Part shown: positions 25,750-35,489 of the stretch, in pieces
Layout: the number at the start of each line of letters is the position of its first letter
How positions within the stretch are numbered: the first letter of the stretch is position 1
Assembly (NCBI GenBank): GCA_028717685.1
Contig: JAQUNI010000001.1
Span: 207,451-271,450 of the forward strand
From: Patescibacteria group bacterium
GTDB taxonomy: Bacteria > Patescibacteriota > JAQUNI01
Length of the DNA stretch: 64,000 nt
Direction: 5' to 3'
The notes under the pieces: model-generated
Seen by the model: only the letters and a program-made list of their open reading frames with translations
Database searches by the model: none
What the model was told of the DNA's origin: nothing
Translations under genes and position numbers: made by a program

Positions 25750-26457
25750 TTAAGAAGGTTTTATGGTTTTTAAATTTTTTTGAACCTCGATAATAGCCTC
25801 GCCTACCTTTGCACAGATAACTTCAATTCCCCGAATAGCGTCATCATTGCCAGGAATGGGATAATCAATAAGTTCGGGGTTGCCGTTAGTATCTACTAAG
25901 GCGATAATAGGCACTTTCTTTCTCCGCGCTTCAAGCACCGCGTTCTTTTCCCTCACCACATCAATAATGAAAATCGCTTGAGGAAACCCTTTCAGGGTCG
26001 CGAGCCCCCCCACCATTTCCGTGAGTTTCTCTTTTTCTCGGGCAAGGGCTAAACGTTCTTTTTTTGTATATTTTTCCCATTCCCCTCCTTTTTCTCCTTC
26101 TTCCAGCTTTTTGAGCCTCTCTACCTTTTGATGGATAACATCAAAATTGGTAAAAGTGCCTCCCAACCATCTTTTTACCACATACGGCATCTGCGTTTTA
26201 AGGGCTGTTTCCCGGATAATCTCTTGGGCTTGTTTTTTACTGCCTAAAAATAAAATTTGACCCCCGCGAGAGACTATTTCCTGAACAAAATGTAAAACCT
26301 CTCCCAACTTTTCTTGCGTCTTCTGCAAATCAATAATAGAAATCCCATTCCGCACGGTAAAAATATAAGGCTCCATTTTAGGATGCCTTTTAGACTTTTG
26401 ATGGCCAAAATGCAATCCCGCTTCCAGCATTTTAACAATTAAATTTTCATTCTCCAT
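25750..26457 (-). CDS. rpsB: 30S ribosomal protein S2
   Basis: S2 N-terminal signature MLEAGLHFGHQKSKRHPKMEPYIF; upstream of tsf. Confidence 0.9.
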   Translation of the reverse strand: MENENLIVKMLEAGLHFGHQKSKRHPKMEPYIFTVRNGISIIDLQKTQEKLGEVLHFVQEIVSRGGQILFLGSKKQAQEIIRETALKTQMPYVVKRWLGGTFTNFDVIHQKVERLKKLEEGEKGGEWEKYTKKERLALAREKEKLTEMVGGLATLKGFPQAIFIIDVVREKNAVLEARRKKVPIIALVDTNGNPELIDYPIPGNDDAIRGIEVICAKVGEAIIEVQKNLKTIKPS

Positions 26458-26800
26458 AAATAATTTTCAAAAGTATAAATTAATCCTTCAACAAATTTCA
26501 GGACTAATGCCAAATAAAGCCGAAATGAAAATTCCATTCTCATTCCCGCCTTCTAGAGCCAATTATAAGCAGAGCTTGAAATTCTTGTTCGGTCTAAATG
26601 AAAGTAAACTTTTATTTATCCCTCTACTAGCGAATTATAGCATATAAAAAAATTTAATCAAGGGGAGCAAACCCAGTTAGAGAACCTCGTTCTCTCGGGG
26701 CAAAAAACCGCTTTGAAAACCTTGGAGAGGTTATAAAAGCCGATAAATCTTGCCTAAATTCATCTTTTATATTATATTAATCTCATAGTAATTAACTTCT

Positions 26801-27061
26801 ATGAAAGAAAAAATTCACCCTCAATACGGCAAATCAATTGTGACTTGTTCCTGCGGCAACACTTTTGAAACCGGCTCCGTGATTCCAGAAATTCACGTGG
26901 AGATCTGTTCGGCGTGCCATCCATTTTACACAGGGAAAAAGAAACTCGTGGACGAAGCGGGAAGAGTGGAACGTTTTGAAAAAATCATGGCTAAAACGAA
27001 AAATATCAAAAAAATGAAAAAAACAAAAAAGGTAAAAAGGGGCAAAAAAAGTAAAAAATAA
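26801..27061 (+). CDS. rpmE: 50S ribosomal protein L31 (Zn-ribbon form) with a Lys-rich C-terminal extension
   Basis: MKEKIHPQY...[11 protein letters not shown]...[11 protein letters not shown]; promoter-like TTGCCT-17-TATATT upstream. Confidence 0.85.
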   Translation: MKEKIHPQYGKSIVTCSCGNTFETGSVIPEIHVEICSACHPFYTGKKKLVDEAGRVERFEKIMAKTKNIKKMKKTKKVKRGKKSKK

Positions 27062-27062
27062 A

Positions 27063-27123
27063 TATTTGTTTTGACCCCGTTAGAAACATGCCCCGCCCCG
27101 TTAGAAAAAATTTTCTAACGGGG
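27063..27123. repeat. 'CCCCGTTAGAAA' palindrome (12-bp perfect arms) with a partial extra half-site, between rpmE and prfA
   Basis: gaccccgttagaaacatgccccgccccgttagaaaaaattttctaacggggttgac; same arm sequence recurs at 32404, 36153-36232 and 51957. Confidence 0.7.
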
Positions 27124-27234
27124 TTGACTAAATTGAGCTGTAAATAGCAGGGGCGGACCAGTGTGTCCGCCCGGTTTCGGGTTAACAGGAGATTGCGGGT
27201 TGACACATGGGTCAATCCCTACAATTTTATCTTT

Positions 27235-28287
27235 ATGAAAGGAAAAATTAAAAAAATTCAAAAGGAATATGAAATGATTTTGAGCGCGCTCTCCGAGCCT
27301 GCTGCTATTTCTGATCCCGCGAAACGAACTTCCCTTAACAAAAGAAGCGCTAGGCTTCAGACCATACTTGCGGAGCATGAAAATTACAAAAAAATTCAGA
27401 AAGAAATTAGAGAAACTGAAACCTTGCTTGTTGATCCCGAACTCAAAAAGGAAGCGGAGCAAGAATTGCAGAATTTAAAGAGTAAAGAGACGCAGATCAG
27501 GCAGAGTTTAGAGGAAAAATTAAATCCCCCAAATCCCAATGACGTCAAAGATATAATTATGGAAATCCGCGCTGGCGCTGGCGGCGATGAAGCCGGACTT
27601 TTCGCCGCCGATCTTTTTCGGATGTATTCACGTTATACTGAACAACGCGGATGGGAGGTAAATCTTCTTAATTCCAGCCGCACGGGCATTGGCGGCTTTA
27701 AAGAGATTATCTTTGAGGTGAACGGCAGCGATGTTTTCAGCCACTTAAAATACGAAAGCGGAGTGCATCGCGTCCAACGCATACCGGAAACCGAAAAGTC
27801 GGGGCGCATCCATACCTCCACGGCTTCCGTCGCGGTTCTGCCTCAAGCCGAGGAAGTGGAAATCAAAATCAAACCGGAAAATTTACGCGTTGACGTTTAC
27901 CGTTCTTCCGGACCCGGCGGCCAAAGCGTAAACACCACCGATTCTGCTGTCCGCATCACCTATCTTCCCACCGGATTAGTTGTTTCCTGCCAAGACCAAA
28001 AATCACAACTTAAAAACAAAGAAAAAGCGCTTCAGGTTCTCCGCTCTCGCTTGCTCGTTCAAAGACAAGAAGAAGGAGAAAAAGCGCAAGGCAAGGCAAG
28101 GCGCGCTCAAATTGGCGGGGCTAAGCGCGCTGAAAAAATTCGCACCTATAATTTTCCCCAAGACCGCATCACGGATCACCGGATCAAGAAAAGCTGGCAC
28201 GGCATAGAAAGGATTATGAACGGAGAAATAGACGATATTATTCAAACAATTAAGAATAATCTTGGACAGAACAACAGCAAAAGTTAA
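27235..28287 (+). CDS. prfA: peptide chain release factor 1
   Basis: GGQ motif SGPGGQSVNTTDSAVRITYLPTG; tripeptide motif PET in RVQRIPETEKSGRIHTS (RF1 carries a PxT motif at this position, RF2 carries SPF); the track ORF starts at 27163, but Met25 (MKGKIKKIQ) fits RF1 length. Confidence 0.85.
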   Translation: MKGKIKKIQKEYEMILSALSEPAAISDPAKRTSLNKRSARLQTILAEHENYKKIQKEIRETETLLVDPELKKEAEQELQNLKSKETQIRQSLEEKLNPPNPNDVKDIIMEIRAGAGGDEAGLFAADLFRMYSRYTEQRGWEVNLLNSSRTGIGGFKEIIFEVNGSDVFSHLKYESGVHRVQRIPETEKSGRIHTSTASVAVLPQAEEVEIKIKPENLRVDVYRSSGPGGQSVNTTDSAVRITYLPTGLVVSCQDQKSQLKNKEKALQVLRSRLLVQRQEEGEKAQGKARRAQIGGAKRAEKIRTYNFPQDRITDHRIKKSWHGIERIMNGEIDDIIQTIKNNLGQNNSKS

Positions 28288-28289
28288 AA

Positions 28290-28385
28290 GTTCAAAATTC
28301 AAAGTTGAGTTTCAAATTAAAAGCTTTAAGATTATTAACTTTAAATTTTTAATTCAACTTTTCACTTTGCACTTTGAACCTTTAA
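28290..28385. repeat. heptad-repeat palindromic element (AAAGTTC / ACTTTGC arms) between prfA and prmC
   Basis: aaagttcaaaattcaaagttgagtttcaaatt ... caacttttcactttgcactttgaacctttaact; near-duplicate of 22962..23090. Confidence 0.6.
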
Positions 28386-28395
28386 CTAGAACAAT

Positions 28396-29265
28396 TTGAT
28401 AAAAATTGCCTATATTTTGTCCCAAGCTACCGCAAAACTTAGAAAGAGACTGATTCCCTCCGCCCCTTTAGAAGCGGAGATTTTATTATCTTCTGTTCTA
28501 AGGAAAAAACGAGAATACCTGCTTGCGCGCCCAGGGGACGCCATAATTTTAAGCCAAAGCCAAAAATACCAAGCCTTAATCTCGCGCCGCGTTAAAGGTG
28601 AACCCGCGGCTTATCTCACACATCACAAAGAATTTTACGGTCTGGATTTTTATGTTAACAAAAATACTCTCATCCCGCGGCCGGAATCAGAACTAATCAT
28701 TGAGGAGGTCAAAAAAATTACAGCATCCTGCGCAAAACCAATTATTATTGATGTAGGCACGGGATCGGGGTGTCTCGCAATTACCTTGGCGCACAGCATA
28801 CCGCGAGCTACTGTATACGCCACTGACCTTTCGCCAAAAGCGCTCTCTGTCGCCCGAAGAAACGCCCGCTTACACAAGGTAACAATCAAATTCCTGCAAG
28901 GCGATCTTATTTCGCCCTTGCCATCTTGCGTTTGGCAGCTACCTAGCAAAAAAATTATTATTGCCAATCTCCCCTATCTTTCAGAAAAATACCGCGAAGA
29001 TATCCGCGACACGAGCTTAAAATATGAACCCAAAGCAGCTCTTTGGGGCGGCAAAGACGGTTTAAAATATTATCGGCAATTATTTCAACAAATCCAAACA
29101 AGAATCAGGAATCAGGAATCAGGAATCAGGATATTTGCGGAAATCAACCCTGAACAAGTGAATAAAATAGAAAGAATAATCAGAAAATATTTTGTCCATA
29201 CAGATATAAAAATCAAAAAAGACCTTGCTGGTCTTGATAGAGTTGTCGTTATAAAAATAAACTAA
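28396..29265 (+). CDS. prmC: release factor glutamine N5-methyltransferase (PrmC/HemK)
   Basis: SAM motif IIIDVGTGSGCLAI; NPPY-type motif NLPY; contains an in-frame GAATCAG x4 tandem-repeat insertion (RIRNQESGIRIF) at 29100-29131. Confidence 0.85.
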   Translation: MIKIAYILSQATAKLRKRLIPSAPLEAEILLSSVLRKKREYLLARPGDAIILSQSQKYQALISRRVKGEPAAYLTHHKEFYGLDFYVNKNTLIPRPESELIIEEVKKITASCAKPIIIDVGTGSGCLAITLAHSIPRATVYATDLSPKALSVARRNARLHKVTIKFLQGDLISPLPSCVWQLPSKKIIIANLPYLSEKYREDIRDTSLKYEPKAALWGGKDGLKYYRQLFQQIQTRIRNQESGIRIFAEINPEQVNKIERIIRKYFVHTDIKIKKDLAGLDRVVVIKIN

Positions 29266-29276
29266 TGGTGCCCTAA

Positions 29277-29452
29277 GTTATTTATTTTGTCATTGCGAGG
29301 AGGGCTTATAGTCAGATCCCTCGCTTCCGCTCGGGACAGGCTCCGTAATCTCATCGAGCTATATTTATACAGATCTAGGAGATTGCTTCGGGCTCCGCCT
29401 AGGGCGGATCCCTCGCAATGACGGTATATTTCGTAATTCAAGGTAGGCTACG
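29277..29452. mobile_element. MITE-like GC-rich element with ~40 nt terminal inverted repeat (ACCTTGAATTACGAAAT...TGTCATTGCGAGGAGGG), copy A
   Basis: Right end ccctcgcaatgacggtatatttcgtaattcaaggtagg; internal ggagattgcttcg and gctcgatgagattacggagcctgtcccgagcggaagcgaggg shared with the copies at 34232 and 50212; no ORF. Confidence 0.6.
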
Positions 29453-29454
29453 AA

Positions 29455-29802
29455 TTACTCCTCATGAATTTCATCTGAAACGTTAAAAGCGGGAGAGTTG
29501 ATTAAAATTGCTTTAAAATTTCCACTCATTTTATAGGGAGTATTTGCTGGTACATATAAAACTGAATCTTTTTCAACTTTTATTTTTTTATCCTCAAAGT
29601 CAAAAATGGCGTTTCCTTCTAAAAAATAATAAATCCTATCACTGACAGTGTTCATTGTTTGAAGGGCGCTTCCGTGTAATTCAGACACGGCTAAACTTAC
29701 CTTATTAGTAATCTCTTTAGTAATGAAATTGGCTATCTTATAGGTTGCACCTTCACCCCGAATGACAGCCTCGGAACTTCTTTTAAAGATTGGTTTACCC
29801 AT
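29455..29802 (-). CDS. cupin-domain protein
   Basis: Cupin beta-barrel motif region ...YYFLEGNAIFDFEDKKIKVEKDSVLYVPANTPYKMSG... Confidence 0.55.
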   Translation of the reverse strand: MGKPIFKRSSEAVIRGEGATYKIANFITKEITNKVSLAVSELHGSALQTMNTVSDRIYYFLEGNAIFDFEDKKIKVEKDSVLYVPANTPYKMSGNFKAILINSPAFNVSDEIHEE

Positions 29803-29827
29803 ATCAATCCTTCATTTTTTTCATTAT

Positions 29828-30946
29828 TTAATAAGTGACGTTTTTTTCTGGCGGCACCACTTCCACCCAGGTTGTGCCGGGGTTAAATTTTATTTCTTTT
29901 CCTTTCTCATCATAAAACCGCGTCCGCTCTTCGCGGCTGCCCTTTTTCCAAATTCCCTGAATTACTTCGCCATCGCGGAAGACGAGAGCCTTATCCCCGC
30001 CAATCGTATGCATACCGAGCCGTCCTTTAATATCACCAGGATCTTTCAATTTAGCCACCATATATTGCACGACGACATTTTTCGCCGCAATCTCCGCGCC
30101 GGAATTTTTGTCTATATGTTTGAAGCCGCCATTGTAACGCAAATATTGATTGTTTTCGCGGTCATACTTCCAAACCACTTGATAGCTGGAAGTAGAAAAA
30201 GGAATCACAATGTCCCGAACCTCCGCTCCCCGGCCACCAAGCTCTTTCTCTTTTTTAAAGAGCCAAGGTTGAAAACTGCCCTTGTCCTCCCAACCTTTGG
30301 ATTGCACAGCTTCCCGCAAAGATTCTATCTTAGTAAAAAGATTATGAGGAGCGAGAGCGTCAGAGGCGCGCCAGAAAAAACTGCCATTATACATTTGATC
30401 TAATTCCTTAATCCCATATTCCCGCGCGAGTTTTAAGGCGTAAGGATCTCCCCCGCAATGGGCATAGACCGCATTGAGCTCGCTTGCCCAATCCAGATAA
30501 TAAACCCGCGCGCTCCGCACTGGTCCGATTTCAGGGATATCTCCATCCTCGGTAAAAAAGGCTAAAAAGCGAGTAATCCCGCCTTCGGCGAGCGCTTCAT
30601 AAACTAAATTGGCTTGAGAGAGACCGGATTGGGGTCTGACCGTTACCAAATTTTCAATCATCACCCCCAAAGGCAGCCTGTTTACTTCCTCTTCTTCAAC
30701 CGGCATTCCGTCAATGAGGCGAATCCCTTGGGGTAAAACGTAATTTTGATTTTGTTGCGCGTCCTCCTGACTTAACTTACTCTCTCCTTCTCCTCCTCGC
30801 GCCTTGGGCGCAAATCCCCGAATGTAAAAAGTACTCAAGAAAACAGCCACTACCAATAAAAAAACAGCCGCGCCAAAAATAATTTGATGCTTGCGGCTTT
30901 CTTTTAACAGAGTAAAAAATTGACGAAAAAAAATTTTGATATGCAT
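29828..30946 (-). CDS. DUF3048 (YerB-like) domain lipoprotein/secreted protein
   Basis: N-terminal TM; DUF3048 pattern PLGVMIENLVTVRPQSGLSQANLVYEALAEGGITRFLAFF. Confidence 0.65.
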   Translation of the reverse strand: MHIKIFFRQFFTLLKESRKHQIIFGAAVFLLVVAVFLSTFYIRGFAPKARGGEGESKLSQEDAQQNQNYVLPQGIRLIDGMPVEEEEVNRLPLGVMIENLVTVRPQSGLSQANLVYEALAEGGITRFLAFFTEDGDIPEIGPVRSARVYYLDWASELNAVYAHCGGDPYALKLAREYGIKELDQMYNGSFFWRASDALAPHNLFTKIESLREAVQSKGWEDKGSFQPWLFKKEKELGGRGAEVRDIVIPFSTSSYQVVWKYDRENNQYLRYNGGFKHIDKNSGAEIAAKNVVVQYMVAKLKDPGDIKGRLGMHTIGGDKALVFRDGEVIQGIWKKGSREERTRFYDEKGKEIKFNPGTTWVEVVPPEKNVTY

Positions 30947-30961
30947 ATAATGTTAAAAACA

Positions 30962-31471
30962 CTATTTTTCAAATCCTCCGGTTACCCAATCAAACTCACT
31001 TTGCCAATTACGCCCAGAACAACTCCAACCGGGGCTATTCGGATGAGGATTACCGCTTGTCTCAATATCTACTACTCCTAAAACATAAAAGGCTCCTCGG
31101 GAAGCATCGCAACTATAACTCCCAGCAGGATAACGGTAATAGCGATAATTTCCACAATCATAATTATTGATCGGATCTTTTACGTCTTGGCTTAAGAATC
31201 CTGCCGTTCTTAAAGAAGAAATAAAATCACCATCTCCGGGAGTATCCCAACCACCACAACCCTGATAGTCTGAACTAGGATATAACCCATATTGATCATA
31301 ATACAGTGCTAAGGCAGTTATCAATTGTTTCATTGACGCTAATCTTTGGGCGTCTCGCGCTTTTTTTCGGGCATTGTTCACGGACACAGTCACGATTGTT
31401 GCCAGAAGACCGATGATCGCAATCACAACCAAAAGTTCAATCAGAGTAAACCCCGTTAAATGCCGCTTCAC
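30962..31471 (-). CDS. prepilin-type N-terminal cleavage/methylation domain protein (type IV pilin-like), probable GTG start
   Basis: Class III signal (V/M)KRHLTG|[17 protein letters not shown]; the track ORF (to 31627) adds a 52-aa N-terminal extension with no pilin leader features; GTG at ~31471 gives a canonical 7-aa leader. Confidence 0.7.
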   Translation of the reverse strand: MKRHLTGFTLIELLVVIAIIGLLATIVTVSVNNARKKARDAQRLASMKQLITALALYYDQYGLYPSSDYQGCGGWDTPGDGDFISSLRTAGFLSQDVKDPINNYDCGNYRYYRYPAGSYSCDASRGAFYVLGVVDIETSGNPHPNSPGWSCSGRNWQSEFDWVTGGFEK

Positions 31472-31682
31472 GGCAATTTTACCAAAAGCAAAATTATTTA
31501 ATGGGGTAAACCCGATAGAAATTTTAGAACTTACAGCCTGGTGCCTATTGTTACCCTTTATTTCTAATGAGGTAAATTCCCTTGAATGCATTAAAGGATC
31601 AACGCGCTTTTTAGTTTTGCAAGACATAATCTTCTTGAACTAAAGGATGTTATTCGCGAATAACATCCTGAAATTTGTATTT

Positions 31683-32396
31683 TTATTTTGCATCCTCTTG
31701 CTTTTCTCCTGCTTCTTCTGGGGCTCCAGGTTCGCCTCCTGCTTCGCTTTCAGCCCCTTCCTCTCCCTCTTTTTTAACGCCCTCAACCTCTTCCACTTTT
31801 TCCTCTACTTTTTCTTCTAATTCTTCTAATTCTTTTTCCGAACGTGGCGGCATCACGGAAACGACCACATCTTCAGGGTGAGCCAACACTTCCACATTTT
31901 TTGGAATATCCAAATCTTTGACATGAATAACGTCGTCAAATGTCTTTAAAGAAGATATAGAAACAAGAATAGAGTGAGGCAAGTCTTGAGGCAAACAGGA
32001 GACCTCAATCTCATCTAAACTTTTCACCAAAACGCCATCCAGATCCTTTACCGCCCGCGATACCCCCTTAAATTCCAAGGGCGCTTCCGCGGTAATCTTC
32101 TCGGTCATCTTGACCTCGTAAAAATCTATATGCAAATACTCCCCAGATACTGGGTCGCGTTGCACCTCTTTAACTAAAACCTTGCGCGGTTTTTTTTCTT
32201 TTTCAATGGTAAGATCGATCAAAGAGCTTTCCCCTGCTTCTTGAAAAACCTTTTGAAATTCCTTACGATCAGCAATCAAAAAAACATTTTTCACCTTATG
32301 CCCGTAGAGCACCGCCGGCACCATTGCTTCTCGCCGCAACTTTTTGGGTTTATTTTGAAGATCTCTTAATTTAACTTGTAAAACTAAATCAGCCAT
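31683..32396 (-). CDS. rplY: 50S ribosomal protein L25 (general stress protein Ctc form) with an acidic C-terminal tail
   Basis: L25/Ctc N-terminal domain ...REAMVPAVLYGHKVKNVFL... plus C-terminal beta-domain; E/K-rich tail. Confidence 0.8.
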   Translation of the reverse strand: MADLVLQVKLRDLQNKPKKLRREAMVPAVLYGHKVKNVFLIADRKEFQKVFQEAGESSLIDLTIEKEKKPRKVLVKEVQRDPVSGEYLHIDFYEVKMTEKITAEAPLEFKGVSRAVKDLDGVLVKSLDEIEVSCLPQDLPHSILVSISSLKTFDDVIHVKDLDIPKNVEVLAHPEDVVVSVMPPRSEKELEELEEKVEEKVEEVEGVKKEGEEGAESEAGGEPGAPEEAGEKQEDAK

Positions 32397-32403
32397 ATTT
32401 GTA

Positions 32404-32436
32404 AACCCTGTTAGAAATTTATTTCTAACAGGATGA
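32404..32436. repeat. 'CCTGTTAGAAAT' palindrome immediately upstream of the rplY start
   Basis: ccctgttagaaatttatttctaacagg. Confidence 0.6.
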
Positions 32437-32625
32437 ACTTTCTCAAATATCCCTTTAAAAGTCTGCCTTTTAAAGGGAATATAAGCTCAATTTAATAATA
32501 AGACGAAATTCCTCTGTAACTCAAGTTGCGTATTTTAGCGAGGGAAAATAAAATCCCTTTAAAATCTGCATTTGCGGTAGACAAACCTGCCCGCTAGCCT
32601 AGCGGCAGCTTAGACAGGCGGGTTC

Positions 32626-32952
32626 CTAGCGGGTTAAAGAAGCATTTCTAGTCTTCATCTTCTCATAGGTTTCAATGACCTCATCACAATTCACCATTAA
32701 ACTGTCCACAAACCTTTCCAAATCATCTCCCGTAAAATCAGTGACCATATAAAGGGAACTTGTACCCAAAGGATTATTTAAAATGATATTAATAATTGAA
32801 GAAAAGCAAGAAGGACAAAGGATATAAAAAAGATAACGCCCATTTGCTTCCCGAACCAATCTTAAATCCTCCCCACGGTAGACCGCCTGACAAATGGGGC
32901 AACGCGGTTTCACTCCCATTCTTTGGATTAACTCACGATCAGTTTGTGACAT
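32626..32952 (-). CDS. hypothetical protein with possible Cys4 zinc-ribbon (CPICQ...CPSC)
   Basis: ORF; GC-rich hairpin terminator downstream; no family recognised. Confidence 0.4.
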   Translation of the reverse strand: MSQTDRELIQRMGVKPRCPICQAVYRGEDLRLVREANGRYLFYILCPSCFSSIINIILNNPLGTSSLYMVTDFTGDDLERFVDSLMVNCDEVIETYEKMKTRNASLTR

Positions 32953-33007
32953 AAAGTATTCCCTCCTGAAATTTATTATAGCGTAAAATAATAGGTAGTC
33001 AATAAAA

Positions 33008-33105
33008 TCTTATAACTTAAAACCTATAGCTTGTAACTCAAGGAGGGAAATACAGATGCTAAGTCTTGAAATCTTGGGTTACACGTTATAAGTTACAAGT
33101 TACAT
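33008..33105. repeat. GTTACAA/GTTATAA heptad inverted-repeat element (core TGTAACTCAAGG...CTTGGGTTACA)
   Basis: cttataacttaaaacctatagcttgtaactcaaggagggaaatacagatgctaagtcttgaaatcttgggttacacgttataagttacaagttacat; related copies at 4300-4400, 40293-40370, 50898-50975. Confidence 0.65.
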
Positions 33106-33107
33106 AC

Positions 33108-34223
33108 TTATTTCTCCCTTCCAAACGCAACCTTGCGATAATTCATATAGATACTCTCTATAAGCCCCAAACTAATCAAAAAACTAATCAACGCTGAACC
33201 GCCATAGCTGATCAAAGGCAAAGCAATGCCTGCCACAGGGACTAAGCCAATATTCATCCCAATATTAATCATCACCTGGCTCAAAATCAAAATAGCTACC
33301 CCCGAAGCCAGAAAAACTCCGAATTTATCTAAAGAGAGGCGGCCTACTTTCAAAATTCTTAAGATCAAAAGCGCGAAGAGAACTAAAACAACGAAACCCC
33401 CAAAAAAACCAAATTCCTCGGCTGTAACCGCAAAAATAAAATCAGTATGCGGCTCGGGAAGAAACTTCAGCTGACTCTGGGAACCATGTCCCAACCCCTT
33501 TCCCCAAATTCCGCCCGAACCAACCGCAATCATGGATTGAATTAAATTATAATTTACTCCCAGCGGATCTGCATGGGGGTTAAAAAAAGCTATGATCCTT
33601 GACTTCTGATAAGGAACAAGCAGAAAAAGCCAAGCAACTAAACTAACCAGAATGAAAACCGATAAAGTGATCAAAATATGTTTTAGTTTTAGTCCCGCCA
33701 CAATAAGCATCCCGACCCACACCACAAGTAAAATGACGGCTGCCCCTAAGTCATGTTCCAGAATGATCAAGCTAACCGGAAGAGCAGTTAAAAACCCAGA
33801 AATTAATAAAACTTTGAGCCTACTAATATGTTCTTGATGGTCAGCAAAAAATGAAGCGAGCGTAATAATTAAAAAAATCTTTGCCATTTCTGATGGTTGA
33901 AATCGAAACGGTCCCAAAGAAAACCAACTCCTGCTCCCCCGAATCGTTGATCCCCAAAAAAGAACCGCAATTAAAAGAAGGAGCATTAAAATGTAAACAA
34001 TGAAACGATAATTCTTCAAAAAACGATAGTCAATAAGGCTTAAACCTATAAGCAAAAAAAAACCGATGCCGGCGGCGATTATTTGGACCTTAATCTTAGC
34101 CAAATTCGCTCCCCCTTCTTCCCATGTAGCGCTGTAAATTACCACCACTCCTATGGAGATTAATAAAAATAAAGGAATAAATAACCGCCAATCAAAATAT
34201 TTGAAAAATTGCAAGATTTTCAT
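33108..34223 (-). CDS. FtsW/RodA/SpoVE family peptidoglycan glycosyltransferase (SEDS)
   Basis: ~10 TM segments; SEDS motifs ...GSGGIWGKGLGHGSQSQLKFLPEPHTDFIFAVTAEEFGFFGG... Confidence 0.85.
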   Translation of the reverse strand: MKILQFFKYFDWRLFIPLFLLISIGVVVIYSATWEEGGANLAKIKVQIIAAGIGFFLLIGLSLIDYRFLKNYRFIVYILMLLLLIAVLFWGSTIRGSRSWFSLGPFRFQPSEMAKIFLIITLASFFADHQEHISRLKVLLISGFLTALPVSLIILEHDLGAAVILLVVWVGMLIVAGLKLKHILITLSVFILVSLVAWLFLLVPYQKSRIIAFFNPHADPLGVNYNLIQSMIAVGSGGIWGKGLGHGSQSQLKFLPEPHTDFIFAVTAEEFGFFGGFVVLVLFALLILRILKVGRLSLDKFGVFLASGVAILILSQVMINIGMNIGLVPVAGIALPLISYGGSALISFLISLGLIESIYMNYRKVAFGREK

Positions 34224-34231
34224 AAAAACCT

Positions 34232-34440
34232 TGAATTATGAAATGCGTCGTCTATTAGCGAGAGATCCGCCCTAGGCGGAGACCAAAGCCCGCCCGCCTC
34301 GCCTGAAGCGAAGCGATGGCGGGCAGGCAATCTCCTAAATCTGTATGAATAACAGCTCGATGAGATTACGGAGCCTGTCCCGAGCGGAAGCGAGGGATCT
34401 GACTATAAGCCCTCCTCACTAATAGGCAAAATGAATTCCG
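34232..34440. mobile_element. MITE-like GC-rich element, copy B (opposite orientation to copy A)
   Basis: Contains gctcgatgagattacggagcctgtcccgagcggaagcgagggatctgactataagccctcctc (revcomp of copy A's internal segment) and TIR-like ends aaccttgaattatgaaatg... / ...gaattccgcgattcaaggt. Confidence 0.55.
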
Positions 34441-34510
34441 CGATTCAAGGTAAAAAGCGGAAGGTTTAAAATCCCAAACCCAAAATCACGATTTTTAAAC
34501 TTTAAAGTAT

Positions 34511-35359
34511 TTAGATATCTCTGTATTCCCCGCTCCCCTGCGGGCTATCCTCTGGCAGAGGTTCCAAAAAATTGTCAGGATTATAGATATTAGTTTCTAT
34601 AAAAATATCCATCCGCTGCATCTCCCCCCGAAAATCTTGCAACCAACGCATCCTGAATTCTCTCTTGGTGTTGGAATAAAAATTGTTTAAGGTGGTGTAA
34701 TTTACAGCCAAAATCGCATCATTCTCCCCCCAACATACCACTTTCACTTCTACGTCTTTAAAATTATAATAACCCTGGTTTTGCACGATAGCAAAAAGCT
34801 CCAGCTGTCCTAGAGGATTTAGAGAAAGGCTCTTTGCATCCTCCAAAACGGAAAGTGAGGGGGACAAGAGATCACTACGGTTTAACCACCGCCCTACGGG
34901 TTTTAGTTCCAGTGTCGCTCTTTCTACTTTTATATCTTGAACTTCAATATCTGGACGAATAATATATTGGGTCTCTCCAGGTAAAATATAACTTGCTCCG
35001 GCAATCTCTTTAATAATCTCCCCTTGCGCGTTAAAAAGAAAAAATTTATAGTCCAAATTTTGCAAACCTAAAGCGGGATTAGGGTTTCTAATGACCGCAA
35101 CCAAATTATATTTATTACCCGAAGGCAAGGCTTCGCATCTAACAACCTCCAAATCCTCCGCAGCCACATTCCTCACGGGGAGAGTGACGAGAATGCCAGG
35201 TTCCGCCGGCCGGGGGTTCCCTAAATACTGCACTACCGAAGCAAAAATATAAATACCGATGACGGCATTCACGGCAATTAAAATCACAATTGCCATCCAA
35301 TCAATTAAACGACGATGTTTAATGTACCACAAAGCAAAACTCACGTTAAAATCTTTCAT
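34511..35359 (-). CDS. hypothetical membrane-anchored protein
   Basis: N-terminal TM (MAIVILIAVNAVIGIYIFASVV), beta-rich extracytoplasmic region. Confidence 0.45.
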   Translation of the reverse strand: MKDFNVSFALWYIKHRRLIDWMAIVILIAVNAVIGIYIFASVVQYLGNPRPAEPGILVTLPVRNVAAEDLEVVRCEALPSGNKYNLVAVIRNPNPALGLQNLDYKFFLFNAQGEIIKEIAGASYILPGETQYIIRPDIEVQDIKVERATLELKPVGRWLNRSDLLSPSLSVLEDAKSLSLNPLGQLELFAIVQNQGYYNFKDVEVKVVCWGENDAILAVNYTTLNNFYSNTKREFRMRWLQDFRGEMQRMDIFIETNIYNPDNFLEPLPEDSPQGSGEYRDI

Positions 35360-35489
35360 ATTTTTGTTTCTTATTTTGCGGAAAAGCGCATTGGATTATC
35401 AAGACCAAAACGCATCATTCCTGTCTTTTAATTTAACATAAAAAGCGATTTGTCGCAAATGGCTATATTTAGTATAATAAATCTTAGGA

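Noticed and set aside
27235-28287. Stop-codon reassignment (UGA recoding) suggested by RF1 presence
   Set aside because: Genes in the window terminate with TAA/TAG/TGA normally and ORFs are not interrupted by in-frame TGA; absence of RF2 cannot be judged from a 64-kb window.
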